A DNA stretch of 64,000 nt from Patescibacteria group bacterium (GCA_041661385.1 JBAZUP010000003.1:36299-100298), one strand, 5' to 3'. Shown: positions 30,468 through 40,017, counted from the stretch's first letter. A program made the numbers and translations. The notes: generated by a model from the sequence alone, not told the origin.

Positions 30468-31032
30468 TTCAGAAAATGCAGAAAAAACAATCGAAATTGA
30501 GTATTTTTTATCAAACGAACTGCAAAAACAACTCTACCTAAACAACGAGGACTACAACAATAAGCGTATTATAATTGTACCGGCTACGCCGACAATAATG
30601 AAATATGCAGAACTTAACCGCACAACCAATACATATCGAATATCACTATGTAGATTCTTTGACAACCTGCAAACAAAAGAAAGTATTTTAAAAACAATAC
30701 AAGAATGTGAACCTGATAATCGAACCTCGATAAAAGCAGATTTTCACAAATTATCTAAAACAAATAAAATAATCTTCGTTTTCACAGCGTTCTTTATTTG
30801 TTTAATTACTTCGCTTTCGTTTCTAAAATTATTTGACATATCAAGACCTGTGTTTTTAGCGCTTTTTATTGCTGACGTTTTCTTTTATTTCTACATTATT
30901 AACATTTTAAACCCATACCATCATCCTGTTAACGCAAAGCTTACACCAAGTCCTTTTATTAATAAAGCGTTGGCAGCATTGGGTATATTTATTGGAATAC
31001 TCACCGGTGCTGGTTTTGTTTTTCATGCGTAA
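30454..31032 (+). CDS. membrane protein
   Basis: C-terminal TM helices. Confidence 0.45.
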   Translation: MMLNNSENAEKTIEIEYFLSNELQKQLYLNNEDYNNKRIIIVPATPTIMKYAELNRTTNTYRISLCRFFDNLQTKESILKTIQECEPDNRTSIKADFHKLSKTNKIIFVFTAFFICLITSLSFLKLFDISRPVFLALFIADVFFYFYIINILNPYHHPVNAKLTPSPFINKALAALGIFIGILTGAGFVFHA

Positions 31033-31765
31033 CGCGCAGAATTTAGAGAAAATTGAAATTATTGAACTAATCGACGACAACGTAGACGAATGTGCATACT
31101 GCGATTATTCAAGTTTTTATGTATTTGATTTATCACGTTGTTGTAGCATCACCGGCACCCGGATAGAAAACATATATGAACGCAATTGGGATTGCCCATA
31201 CGACGACCCGAAATACGGAAGAAAACCAAGAGAAATACAAATAATAGAACGTAAATTAACACTCACTAGCGATTGTGAACTGCCACCAGCTCCAATAAAA
31301 CAAGAAGTTACACACATCCATATAACCCCTAATAACGTTGAAAATAGCAACGGCTATAGTTGCTACATAGCGCCCAACGGCGACATCTTCCTAACCACCC
31401 CTTTCACCGTCATGAGTATGTTAAACCCCGGCAATTCCGAATATTTCACCCACGACGAATTTGCATACGAATATATTCACCAAAATAATTTGCACCAAGA
31501 TTATTCCGAAAAACAAACCGAAACCCAAGACCTGGAAGATTATTATTTGCGGATCGTCAACGAAAAAGACTATCTTTTGTTAACCCTGAATTTCGTTTCA
31601 GTAAGTTTAGGCGGTATAATGGATTTAACAATTATCAGAGAACCAAACAACAGAAAACTAACCAACGCACAACACAACACGTTGAAACGCTATTGCGAAA
31701 TCAACGAAAACCTAAATGCCTACAACAATTTCGTTGAACAAGAGCTGGCGCTAAGTAACATGTAA
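31025..31765 (+). CDS. hypothetical protein (start coupled to previous stop, ATGCGTAA)
   Basis: ORF track frame. Confidence 0.45.
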   Translation: MRNAQNLEKIEIIELIDDNVDECAYCDYSSFYVFDLSRCCSITGTRIENIYERNWDCPYDDPKYGRKPREIQIIERKLTLTSDCELPPAPIKQEVTHIHITPNNVENSNGYSCYIAPNGDIFLTTPFTVMSMLNPGNSEYFTHDEFAYEYIHQNNLHQDYSEKQTETQDLEDYYLRIVNEKDYLLLTLNFVSVSLGGIMDLTIIREPNNRKLTNAQHNTLKRYCEINENLNAYNNFVEQELALSNM

Positions 31766-31848
31766 CACGCAAATTAACACACATATTTTTAGGAGAGATT
31801 CATGACTGACACAAATTTTCTTATTAAACCAAATACAACATATATAAA

Positions 31849-32322
31849 ATGACCATTAAGCAAATTATCGACGAACTTGAAGTACGCCATGGAGTAATGG
31901 TATGCCGTGACGGATTTGAATATACATACATATTACCTAATAAAGAACTACTAAGACGTACAGATTATGATGAATATGAAAAAATTACTGATTTATTTCG
32001 AAATCTACGTCGTCTGGCAGCAATAGAAGAGCAAAAATATCTGCAAACAGAATTAAAAAATACGGGATTACCGGCGCGCTACATCCTTCCGGACAAACGA
32101 ATTATCTATATTGGCAAATTAGTTAAAAACTTTGGTGCTTTTACATTAAGTAAAAGCGGAAAAATAAGTCGTTACAAACACGACGGTTTGATCCTGAAGA
32201 AAACATTTGAAGAAGCCCAGGCTGATTTAGACGCTTTTGCAATTTTTAACAAATTAACAATCCATAATTTTCAAAAAGAAAACAAAACACTGAACACCGG
32301 CACTCTTTTTAACGATAAATAA
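31849..32322 (+). CDS. hypothetical protein preceded by a 16-codon leader ORF (31802-31852)
   Basis: AGGAGAGATTC RBS on the leader; ATGA overlap. Confidence 0.5.
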   Translation: MTIKQIIDELEVRHGVMVCRDGFEYTYILPNKELLRRTDYDEYEKITDLFRNLRRLAAIEEQKYLQTELKNTGLPARYILPDKRIIYIGKLVKNFGAFTLSKSGKISRYKHDGLILKKTFEEAQADLDAFAIFNKLTIHNFQKENKTLNTGTLFNDK

Positions 32323-32354
32323 TAACGCCAGACATTTATATTTATGAGGTAAGT

Positions 32355-32630
32355 ATGAAAATAAACCACAACGTCGAAAGTCTTAAAAACTTACTCAAAA
32401 CCAAAACATTTGCTTGGAATGGTGCAAAACTTTCTCCAGAAGAACAACTATGTTTTGCTACAATAATTGATATATACCAAAAAAACAGAGACATTCCCGA
32501 AGGAACAATTATTACAACCGAACACATGAATCGTTTATTTTCAATATTTTCTATTATAAAAAACAACGATATTATGAAAGAAATAATTTTATCGAACGAC
32601 GATTTTAAAACCGGCATTTTATTAAAATAA
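32355..32630 (+). CDS. hypothetical protein (paralog of 21224 ORF)
   Basis: ATGAGGTAAGT RBS. Confidence 0.45.
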   Translation: MKINHNVESLKNLLKTKTFAWNGAKLSPEEQLCFATIIDIYQKNRDIPEGTIITTEHMNRLFSIFSIIKNNDIMKEIILSNDDFKTGILLK

Positions 32631-32632
32631 CA

Positions 32633-32658
32633 AAACTTAGTTTACTAACTAAGTTTTA
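32633..32658. promoter_or_regulatory. 10-bp inverted repeat AAAACTTAGT..ACTAAGTTTT (operator family)
   Basis: seen directly. Confidence 0.5.
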
Positions 32659-32812
32659 TAACTAACATTAGTTAAATAAGTTAACCAGACTTATACTACC
32701 AATACCCCACCCTCGTCAAACCGTCAATATTTCGCATCATTGACCGCTTGACATCGTGTATGGAAAAATTTTGCCATAATTCAAATTAATTCTAACAAAA
32801 AGGAAAAAGAAA

Positions 32813-33016
32813 ATGATAAAAAACATTAACATACCAACAAATAACGGCAAGTTTTACCAATGCTACGAAATAAAATGCGACAAATGCGGTGAAATATATT
32901 GGTTTCCTAAACGCAATTTTAGTAGCGACAATCATTTTTATAACTTTCTTGGCCAATCAGGCCGCGATCAATTAGGAAATCACATAAACTGCCACGAAAT
33001 GGATTTTCCTTTTTAA
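32813..33016 (+). CDS. Cys/His-rich small protein
   Basis: AAAAGGAAAAAG RBS. Confidence 0.45.
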   Translation: MIKNINIPTNNGKFYQCYEIKCDKCGEIYWFPKRNFSSDNHFYNFLGQSGRDQLGNHINCHEMDFPF

Positions 33017-33100
33017 GAAGCTTTCAAAACTCGCAAAGCGCTTATGCTTCGTTATAGTCCGATACCATTTAAACTAATTAAAAACCAAACAAGGTATATT

Positions 33101-33370
33101 ATGAAAACAGAACTAACAATTACCGGTAACCCGGACGAAGTATTAGAAACCATTGCTAATATATGCAACACAGAAATACAACCATATATTAACGTAAAAA
33201 ATAATTACGGTACAAAAGCCATAATTATTACAACAACGACAAAAGGTATTTATAATATTGTCGCAAAAGCCAGTTCACTAAATACCAACGTAAATATAAA
33301 ATATAAATTCACATATAAAAATTGGGAAGAAACATATATCTTCTCAGCCGGAAAAACAATACTAAATTAA
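33101..33370 (+). CDS. hypothetical protein
   Basis: internal ATG chosen; weak RBS. Confidence 0.4.
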   Translation: MKTELTITGNPDEVLETIANICNTEIQPYINVKNNYGTKAIIITTTTKGIYNIVAKASSLNTNVNIKYKFTYKNWEETYIFSAGKTILN

Positions 33371-33559
33371 TAGCCACCAGGTACAAACTTGGTGGCTATT
33401 TTCATGAAAAACACCACTAAAAAGACAAAACACAAGATATACCCTGCCCTAGTCAAACCCTCAACACATTCCGTCTTGACTACAGTGTTGACCGTTCGAC
33501 TTCGCGCATAAAACATTCAGTTCAAGTTTTAATTGGCTTTAAGCCGAAAGAGAGACAAA

Positions 33560-33925
33560 ATGGGGTTAATTGCAAATTTTTATCGTTGCAAAGATAAACA
33601 ACAAATAGGCACCGAACTACGAGAAAATTATTTTGTTGACAATTTCGCGAAAAAACTAAAAAACGCAAAATTTGACAATTGTCACGTTACGGCAAGATTT
33701 GAAATTGACGACATACTTATGCTTAAAAACGAAATTGAATTGTGGTTTGAAATTCAACTAACAGTTACACAGGTAATTTATTTTAAAAAATTAAGTAAAT
33801 CTAAAAATTTTATCTGTTATCCAAACACCCGTATTTTCGTTTACCTAATGAGACGCGACGCATTAAACATAGCAAAAAAAATGTTGCTAGAAAACACCCC
33901 AATGCGATATTTTTCAATTCACTAA
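33560..33925 (+). CDS. hypothetical protein
   Basis: GAGAGACAAA RBS. Confidence 0.4.
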   Translation: MGLIANFYRCKDKQQIGTELRENYFVDNFAKKLKNAKFDNCHVTARFEIDDILMLKNEIELWFEIQLTVTQVIYFKKLSKSKNFICYPNTRIFVYLMRRDALNIAKKMLLENTPMRYFSIH

Positions 33926-34369
33926 CACACCCGCCCAAGCGAGTCAAGCAGCGCGAATTACGCGTTATAGCTTGACTACCCTCTCGCCGGTTTGTTAGCG
34001 TTAATATCATTAAATTTAAAGCACAAAACACTAATGGAAAGAAAAAAATGAATAAAAGCTACAGCGGTTACTTAGCACGTGACAAATATTGTTTTACACA
34101 AGATTTTTCATTCAGAACATACATAAACACTATTGCAAAAAAACGCAATTACAAAAAATAAATTTTCAAGGTAAAGAAAAATGACAGAATTACTCAATTC
34201 TCCAATATTATTCACAGAAAACATATTTATTTCCAGTTTTTTAGTGTTTTCCCTTTCAAATTTCTTTTCAAAAAAGATGAATTAAAAAACACTAAATTAA
34301 TAATATAAGTCATTACGACAAACGTCCTGGATAAGACGTTAAACTTTCCTCTTATATCTTTAATGTTTT

Positions 34370-34650
34370 ACTATATCGGCGCACCGGTTTCCGACTCTTT
34401 GCACTTGTGAGCAAAGAAAAACTATGCCGATAGACATTAAAGCTTTAACACTCGCCCGAGGATCGGAATTGTCCGGTCAGCCGCGCAGGACCAGCGGCCA
34501 GTTATCGGTTGAGTGTTTCGAGCGGACACCTGCCACCCGCTCGCAGCGCATTTACCTTATGCAGATTGCGCCCAACCCTCCGGCTTGATCGACCGGATTG
34601 TGGTTGCCAGATCGCGAAGCGTTGTTTATAAACAGCGCTTCGTTTTTATT
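34370..34650 (+). other. GC-rich (~55-60%) highly structured non-coding element ending in an intrinsic terminator that abuts the RBS of the next gene
   Basis: several hairpins; conserved-loop hairpin GAGCG-GACACCTGCCACC-CGCTC; terminator GAAGCGTTGTTTATAAACAGCGCTTC followed by GTTTTTATT. Confidence 0.5.
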
Positions 34651-34663
34651 ATAAGGAGTTAAA

Positions 34664-34945
34664 ATGAGAACAGCAGAACAAAATTTAGAGTTTCAAACGC
34701 AATTTGCTATCCGAAAAGCTATACGAATAATTGAATTAGGAAGTGAAATACTCAGCGTAACAAACAAACCGCGTAAACTCGCAAACCGATTAGCAGTAGC
34801 CAGAGAAAATCTAGCAGAAATGCTTGAATCACTTCAGTTTTGTGAAAATGAAATCAAAGAATTAATTAACAAAGAAAACACTAATAGCGACGGCGTTTAT
34901 TCTGAAGTTATTGAGCATTGTTGTCTGCGAAGTGATTACAACTAA
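34664..34945 (+). CDS. hypothetical protein
   Basis: TAAGGAGTTAAA RBS. Confidence 0.5.
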   Translation: MRTAEQNLEFQTQFAIRKAIRIIELGSEILSVTNKPRKLANRLAVARENLAEMLESLQFCENEIKELINKENTNSDGVYSEVIEHCCLRSDYN

Positions 34946-34961
34946 GTTATATAACTTAGTT
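34940..34961. promoter_or_regulatory. perfect 22-bp palindrome AACTAAGTTATATAACTTAGTT (operator family)
   Basis: upstream of 34979 ORF. Confidence 0.6.
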
Positions 34962-34978
34962 ATGTTTTAGGAGTTCCA

Positions 34979-35209
34979 ATGAAACGAAAATGCTGCCTAC
35001 TAACAAAAAGTCGAACACCTAAAAAAACAGCCGCCAAACAATGCCCGTTTCACATCGAATGTCTAAAAATAAAAAAAGGCGGAACCGGCTGTATATTTGG
35101 AATCAACAACTCAACCACCCGAACATATAACCGCGTTGATTTTAAAACCAACCCAGAGTTAAGCCCACAACAATTTAAGAAAAAAGGCATACACTACGAT
35201 TTGTATTAA
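34979..35209 (+). CDS. small basic Cys-containing protein
   Basis: TTAGGAGTTCC RBS. Confidence 0.45.
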   Translation: MKRKCCLLTKSRTPKKTAAKQCPFHIECLKIKKGGTGCIFGINNSTTRTYNRVDFKTNPELSPQQFKKKGIHYDLY

Positions 35210-35225
35210 CAAAAAAGGAGCTTTG

Positions 35226-35744
35226 ATGTTTACAATCAAAATCAAAGAAACCATCGGCGAAAACTGCATAACCCGAGTTCAAGGCGGCAAAATTTTTAAA
35301 CTTTTAACCTCGCCGAGCCGTTTTCCATACAAAACAACCCTGGACTTCGCCGGTGTCAAAATCATCTCCGCGCCATTTATAAACGCAGCAATCGGCAGAT
35401 TGTTTGAAGTCAATGGAAACACCGAGCCGCATAAAGTCCCGTCATTTGTAAATCTTAGCCATCAAGACGAAACGATGATCAAACACGTTATAGACGGCGC
35501 AAAAGACTATTATACAAAATCCCTATACGAACGCACTCAGCACGACAATATCGTCGCCAACGCAATCCGACATGCAAACGAGTGCTCAACAGAACCAAAT
35601 ACATCGAACGATTTTTGTGACAAGCTAAAATGGCTAACGAACAACCTTAATACACTCAGCTACGACCAGCTTTCCAAAATAAGCAAATTATCAAAATTAA
35701 CGAATATGGAAATTCACAAAAGATTTCCACCTAAACCACAATAA
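35226..35744 (+). CDS. hypothetical protein
   Basis: AAAAGGAGCTTTG RBS. Confidence 0.5.
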   Translation: MFTIKIKETIGENCITRVQGGKIFKLLTSPSRFPYKTTLDFAGVKIISAPFINAAIGRLFEVNGNTEPHKVPSFVNLSHQDETMIKHVIDGAKDYYTKSLYERTQHDNIVANAIRHANECSTEPNTSNDFCDKLKWLTNNLNTLSYDQLSKISKLSKLTNMEIHKRFPPKPQ

Positions 35745-35939
35745 TTCTTTTTAAGGAGTTCCCGTGAATAATAAATATCATCCACCGTAGCGTACCTCCC
35801 TAGTAAACCAATATACAACAAATTATATATTAAACATAAGACTAATAAATCAACGCCTGTGTAAACTCGGCCACACGCCGCACTTTTACCCAGGCGTTTT
35901 ATTTTACTTACTAACTAATAATAGTTAGTAAGCTTTTAT

Positions 35940-36085
35940 GGTCTATTGCCAAGTTTGGAATATCCAAACAATCGTACAGGATTAACGAGGCATTAGTACC
36001 ATTCCGTCGGACACCTGTCACCCGACGCGCCCACCCAAACAGATGTGACCTCTTCTCCACGTTTGTTTGGGTGTTTTTTAATTTT
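35940..36085 (+). ncRNA. candidate small RNA: three hairpins then intrinsic terminator
   Basis: GTTTGGA/TCCAAAC, CGTCGG-ACACCTGTCACC-CGACG, CCCAAACA...TGTTTGGG followed by TGTTTTTTAATTTT; preceded by palindromic promoter motif. Confidence 0.3.
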
Positions 36086-36255
36086 AAAAGCTAATTGCTA
36101 ATTTTCACAATTAGCACAAAACACGCAACAGCAACTACCATCACCGCTTCGACAAATCAAATCCCGTTACACTCTTACGATTTGACATGTCTCTCACGTT
36201 GCTGGCGAGTAATAATCATTAAATTTAGGCTATAAAGAGCCACAGAGGAGAAAAA

Positions 36256-36474
36256 ATGACAATATTTAAGGGACAAAAAGTTGTTAGAAAATCGACCGCA
36301 GCAAAAGTACTACAAGAATGTAACACTTTAAGCTTATTCGATACTACATCAAAATATGCGGTTGCAAACCGTCAAATCTTGAATAGCTTACCGACAAGTA
36401 TTCCAACACTTTTCACTGTTGTTACCGAAGAAAACGGGAACAAAGCCATTCAAGAATATTTCGTAACTAACTAA
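36256..36474 (+). CDS. hypothetical protein
   Basis: AGAGGAGAAAAA RBS. Confidence 0.45.
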   Translation: MTIFKGQKVVRKSTAAKVLQECNTLSLFDTTSKYAVANRQILNSLPTSIPTLFTVVTEENGNKAIQEYFVTN

Positions 36475-36615
36475 TATTACTAAGTAAACTTAGTTAGTGA
36501 TATTAGTTATGGAGAGTTCTCCGTTGCTAAATGCGTAATCCCGGAAAAGCGATTTATTCGCACTCTCCCCTACTCCCTATTTCTTATTAATAATAAATAT
36601 TTTTTGGAGAAGAAA

Positions 36616-36819
36616 ATGAAAAACATCTTTTTGAATTTACCACAAAAACAAACTTGCTTACCGCAAGAAGTCTACGAAGAAGCGAGATTCCTTAAAACTC
36701 GTTATCAACGCTTCCATTCTCAAAAATCCCGCTTAGGTGTTGTTATGGAAATCAGACGATTTATAGATAAACACACCCAATACACTACACCGATTAAACA
36801 AGTGATTTGGAGTTCATAA
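36616..36819 (+). CDS. hypothetical protein
   Basis: GGAGAAGAAA RBS. Confidence 0.4.
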   Translation: MKNIFLNLPQKQTCLPQEVYEEARFLKTRYQRFHSQKSRLGVVMEIRRFIDKHTQYTTPIKQVIWSS

Positions 36820-36984
36820 CTTTCCATATAAACGTTCCCTACGCCGATCACGGTTGTCAAGCGCCGAAAATTCGCTTGACAACCGCTCCGGCATTGGGCG
36901 AAATTATCTTAGATTTCCTCAGCAGGAAGAAAAACTGCTTGAACCTTATGTCCTAAGTAAGACGAAAAACTACTTATTTTTCTC

Positions 36985-37049
36985 AATAAATCGGCTGGAT
37001 CGACCGCCATATAAGTCAGAGCACATCGACAAAAAAAGGAATTATTATC
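36985..37049 (+). promoter_or_regulatory. conserved upstream element (copy 2 of 2) in front of ssb
   Basis: ~85% identical to 1617-1679. Confidence 0.5.
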
Positions 37050-37364
37050 ATGAACAAAGTAATCTTAGTAGGCAATCTTACCCGTGATCCAAATGTCAAA
37101 ATCACTTCCACAGGCAAATCTGTTGTAAACTTCAACATCGCTACCAATGAAGGATTTGGCGACAAAAAACGCGGTGAATTTCACAATATCGTGGGTTGGG
37201 AAAAACACGCTGAAGCAGTTGGAAACAACCTCAGCACAGGTTCTACCGTTCTAATTGAAGGACGACTTCAGACACGCAATTACGAAGGTAAAGACGGCAA
37301 CAAACGTTCCATTACCGAAGTGGTAATGACAGCCATGCCACAATTTCTTTCCCCTCGTAAATAA
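37050..37364 (+). CDS. ssb: single-stranded DNA-binding protein (OB-fold only, no acidic C-terminal tail)
   Basis: MNKVILVGNLTRDP...KSVVNFNIATNE...IVGWEK...GSTVLIEGRLQTRNYEGKDG. Confidence 0.8.
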   Translation: MNKVILVGNLTRDPNVKITSTGKSVVNFNIATNEGFGDKKRGEFHNIVGWEKHAEAVGNNLSTGSTVLIEGRLQTRNYEGKDGNKRSITEVVMTAMPQFLSPRK

Positions 37365-37390
37365 AACTACCGCTTAACAGCAACTATTCA

Positions 37391-37427
37391 AACCCAGTAG
37401 CTCCGGCTACAGGGTTTTCTTTGTTTT
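37391..37427 (+). terminator. rho-independent terminator
   Basis: AACCCAGTAGC-TCCG-GCTACAGGGTT followed by TTCTTTGTTTT. Confidence 0.65.
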
Positions 37428-37492
37428 AGACCAAAATAAAATTGCGCCACTAACATAAGTTAGTAGCTGCATAACGAAAAGGAGTTTTTCAA

Positions 37493-37624
37493 ATGACAAC
37501 ATCACAAGAAGTCATTCAACTCAAACGCGAACTACGCAAAGCCAACAACGAGAAAAGAGATTTCGAAATTCTTTTTCTGGTAGCCGTAACCGCACTGTCC
37601 TCTTTCGCAATTTTTGCTTATTAA
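37493..37624 (+). CDS. small tail-anchored protein (43 aa)
   Basis: AAAGGAGTTTTTC RBS; not in track. Confidence 0.35.
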   Translation: MTTSQEVIQLKRELRKANNEKRDFEILFLVAVTALSSFAIFAY

Positions 37625-37704
37625 TTTTCATGCCAATATTTGACAACCACGTAAAACGGTTATATAATTAAATTGTTACATGAAACGTTGCAAAGGAGGC
37701 TGAA

Positions 37705-37923
37705 ATGGCTACAAATATTAATCAACGAGTACAAAAACACCGCGCGAATTTACGAGCTTCAGGGTTGCGTCCTATTCAATTGTGGGTGCCAGATACAAGA
37801 AGCCCTGGATTTGCTGAAGAATGTCGCCGACAGTCGCTTGCGCTTAAAAACGACCCGCAAGAAAAAGAGGTCATGGACTGGGTTGAAGCTGTTGCTGATA
37901 CCGAAGGATGGAAATGGGATTAA
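37705..37923 (+). CDS. antitoxin of PemK/MazF-family toxin
   Basis: 4-nt overlap with toxin gene; AAAGGAGGCTG RBS; locally GC-rich. Confidence 0.6.
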   Translation: MATNINQRVQKHRANLRASGLRPIQLWVPDTRSPGFAEECRRQSLALKNDPQEKEVMDWVEAVADTEGWKWD

Positions 37924-38246
37924 CACGTGGTGATATAGTTACAGTGGCGCCACCAGGCGAATTTGGAAAACCACGACCAGCTATCGTCATTCAATCTGAT
38001 TTTTTTGCACAGACTGAAACGGTTGTTGTTTTATTAATCACTAGCGAATTAAGAGACTTACCGCTTATCAGAGTCTCAATAGAAACTGACCAATTCAGCG
38101 GGTTAAATAAACCATCACAAATTATGTTAGACAAAATAATGACCGTTAAACGAGAAAAAATAGGAACGGTATTTGGAAAAATAACCAAAGACAAACTGCT
38201 GGACATTGAAATAAAACTAGCGGTATTTTTAGGAATAGCAAAATAA
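37908..38246 (+). CDS. PemK/MazF-family endoribonuclease toxin
   Basis: GLTRGDIVTVAPPGEFGKPRPAIVIQSD...VVVLLITSE. Confidence 0.75.
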   Translation: MEMGLTRGDIVTVAPPGEFGKPRPAIVIQSDFFAQTETVVVLLITSELRDLPLIRVSIETDQFSGLNKPSQIMLDKIMTVKREKIGTVFGKITKDKLLDIEIKLAVFLGIAK

Positions 38247-38253
38247 CAAAAAA

Positions 38254-38285
38254 ACAGGTCCGCTTCGGCGGATCTGTTTTTTTCT
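38254..38285 (+). terminator. rho-independent terminator (UUCG loop)
   Basis: ACAGGTCCGC-TTCG-GCGGATCTGT followed by TTTTTTTC. Confidence 0.8.
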
Positions 38286-38361
38286 TTCAACACTAAACAA
38301 ATTTAACCAATTAACAAAACTAACTTATATAACTTAGTTTTGTTAATCCAAAAGGATTTTT

Positions 38362-38943
38362 ATGAAAAAACGCATAGATGACGATTCAATTTTTAACCCT
38401 TTAAATTCCATGCTTGACATCACATATCCTGCGACAGCAAATATTGAAGATACTCACAACCCCGACAACCCAATATATGACCTTGTTGACAAAAACGGCG
38501 ACGATCTTGAACCGCCTAAAGATTCGCAACAAAACGATACCGACCAAGAAACTTCGTCGCTAACTGAAGAAACAAACACAACACCGGCAAAGCCGGCCAC
38601 CACTGTTAAAGAAAAAATGTCCTCAAATCAACTCGTAACTTGTATGCAGCAACAAGTAAACGTATGTGAAGGAATTATTGCACTAATAGAAAAATACGAA
38701 ACCCATAAAATAACAACCCAAGACACTACCCTTCCCGACCTTCCCGAAGAAATCAAACAAGGCTTAACTGAGCATACTGCCAAATATAAATCATGGTGCA
38801 AAACGACCGAAATAATCGCTAAATATTTTGCAAAAATTGAAACGCCGATACCCACAAAGAAAACGACTACAACCGCAAAAACAACCACACCCAAAACGCC
38901 CGAAAAGCCCAAAGAGGAACAATTTTCGTTTGATTTTAACTAA
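38362..38943 (+). CDS. hypothetical protein with Thr/Pro/Lys-rich C-terminus
   Basis: AAAAGGATTTTT RBS. Confidence 0.5.
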   Translation: MKKRIDDDSIFNPLNSMLDITYPATANIEDTHNPDNPIYDLVDKNGDDLEPPKDSQQNDTDQETSSLTEETNTTPAKPATTVKEKMSSNQLVTCMQQQVNVCEGIIALIEKYETHKITTQDTTLPDLPEEIKQGLTEHTAKYKSWCKTTEIIAKYFAKIETPIPTKKTTTTAKTTTPKTPEKPKEEQFSFDFN

Positions 38944-39003
38944 AAATTGACACTCATTTATATGTACATTATAATGTACGCATAGAATAGGAGGTGTTTT
39001 ATA

Positions 39004-39258
39004 ATGTTAATTACCAACGCCACAAACTTTAGAAAAAACATTTTTAGTATGTTAGAACAAACAATTAAATATAACGAACCAATAAACATCAACACCAAAG
39101 ACGGTAACGCAATAATCGTCAGCGAAGAAGATTACAACGGATTGATTGAAACGTTATATTTGTATTCCATACCCGGCATGAAGGATTCTTTATTAGAAGG
39201 AATGAACACTCCAATAAGTGAGTATGTTCCATCAAACGAGGTTAATTGGAATGTATGA
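39004..39258 (+). CDS. yefM: YefM/Phd-family antitoxin
   Basis: MLITNATNFRKNIFSMLEQTIKYNEPININTKDGNAIIVSEEDYNGLIETLYL. Confidence 0.75.
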   Translation: MLITNATNFRKNIFSMLEQTIKYNEPININTKDGNAIIVSEEDYNGLIETLYLYSIPGMKDSLLEGMNTPISEYVPSNEVNWNV

Positions 39259-39511
39259 AGTCTTTTTTAGTAAAAAAGCTATATCCGACATTCCGAAATT
39301 GAAAGCCGCCAACCTTATTGACAAAGCAAAAGCACTAGAAAATATTATTAGAGACAATCCACTTAAAAATCCACCGCCTTATGAAAAATTACAAGGAAGC
39401 GCACAAGGATTATATTCACGACGAATTAATATTAAACATCGCCTTGTGTATCAAGTATTCGAAACAGAAAAAATAGTGAAAATCATAAGAATGTGGAGCC
39501 ACTACGAATAA
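39251..39511 (+). CDS. yoeB: YoeB/Txe-family toxin
   Basis: ...HRLVYQVFETEKIVKIIRMWSHYE; 8-nt overlap with yefM. Confidence 0.75.
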   Translation: MYEVFFSKKAISDIPKLKAANLIDKAKALENIIRDNPLKNPPPYEKLQGSAQGLYSRRINIKHRLVYQVFETEKIVKIIRMWSHYE

Positions 39512-39540
39512 AAACCAACCTTAATCGGTTGGTTTTTTTA
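39512..39540 (+). terminator. rho-independent terminator
   Basis: AACCAACC...GGTTGGTT followed by TTTTTAT. Confidence 0.75.
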
Positions 39541-39560
39541 TTTATCGACTAAATTCACTA

Positions 39561-39594
39561 GAACCAAGTTATACTAACTTATATAACTTGGTTC
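39561..39594. promoter_or_regulatory. 13-bp-arm inverted repeat GAACCAAGTTATA..TATAACTTGGTTC
   Basis: upstream of 39609 ORF. Confidence 0.5.
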
Positions 39595-39608
39595 CAAAGG
39601 AACATTTT

Positions 39609-39995
39609 ATGACAAAATCATCTTTTAAAATAACCCTACTTGACGCAGCTGACAGTGATGCCGATTTCGCCAAAACAATTATAATCGAAGCATTAACAAA
39701 AGCTTTTTCCTCTCCTAACTCCAACGTGTCCTTCCAAATAGAAAACTCCTACCGTAATATTCCAAACCGAGAATACCCGGATAAAGCAGACGGAATTGGT
39801 AATTGGTGTATAAAAGACATTTGTAACCATTTTAATATTTCTGAAGAACTAGTTAACAACCAGACATTTTACGAGCAAGCGCTTACTGCCCTGGAACAAG
39901 TCGAAAACAAAGCCGACGCAGACTGGGAAGCCCTAGACTATTACTGCAACGAACATATCAATAAATGTTATATAGAACAAGAAAATGAAAATTAA
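39609..39995 (+). CDS. hypothetical protein
   Basis: AAAGGAACATTTT RBS. Confidence 0.45.
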   Translation: MTKSSFKITLLDAADSDADFAKTIIIEALTKAFSSPNSNVSFQIENSYRNIPNREYPDKADGIGNWCIKDICNHFNISEELVNNQTFYEQALTALEQVENKADADWEALDYYCNEHINKCYIEQENEN

Positions 39996-40017
39996 CTAAT
40001 TATTCAGGAGAAAAAAC

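Noticed and set aside
36854-37087. Track ORF 36854-37087(+)
   Set aside because: It spans the inverted repeat and conserved upstream element in front of ssb and overlaps the ssb start; more plausibly regulatory DNA.
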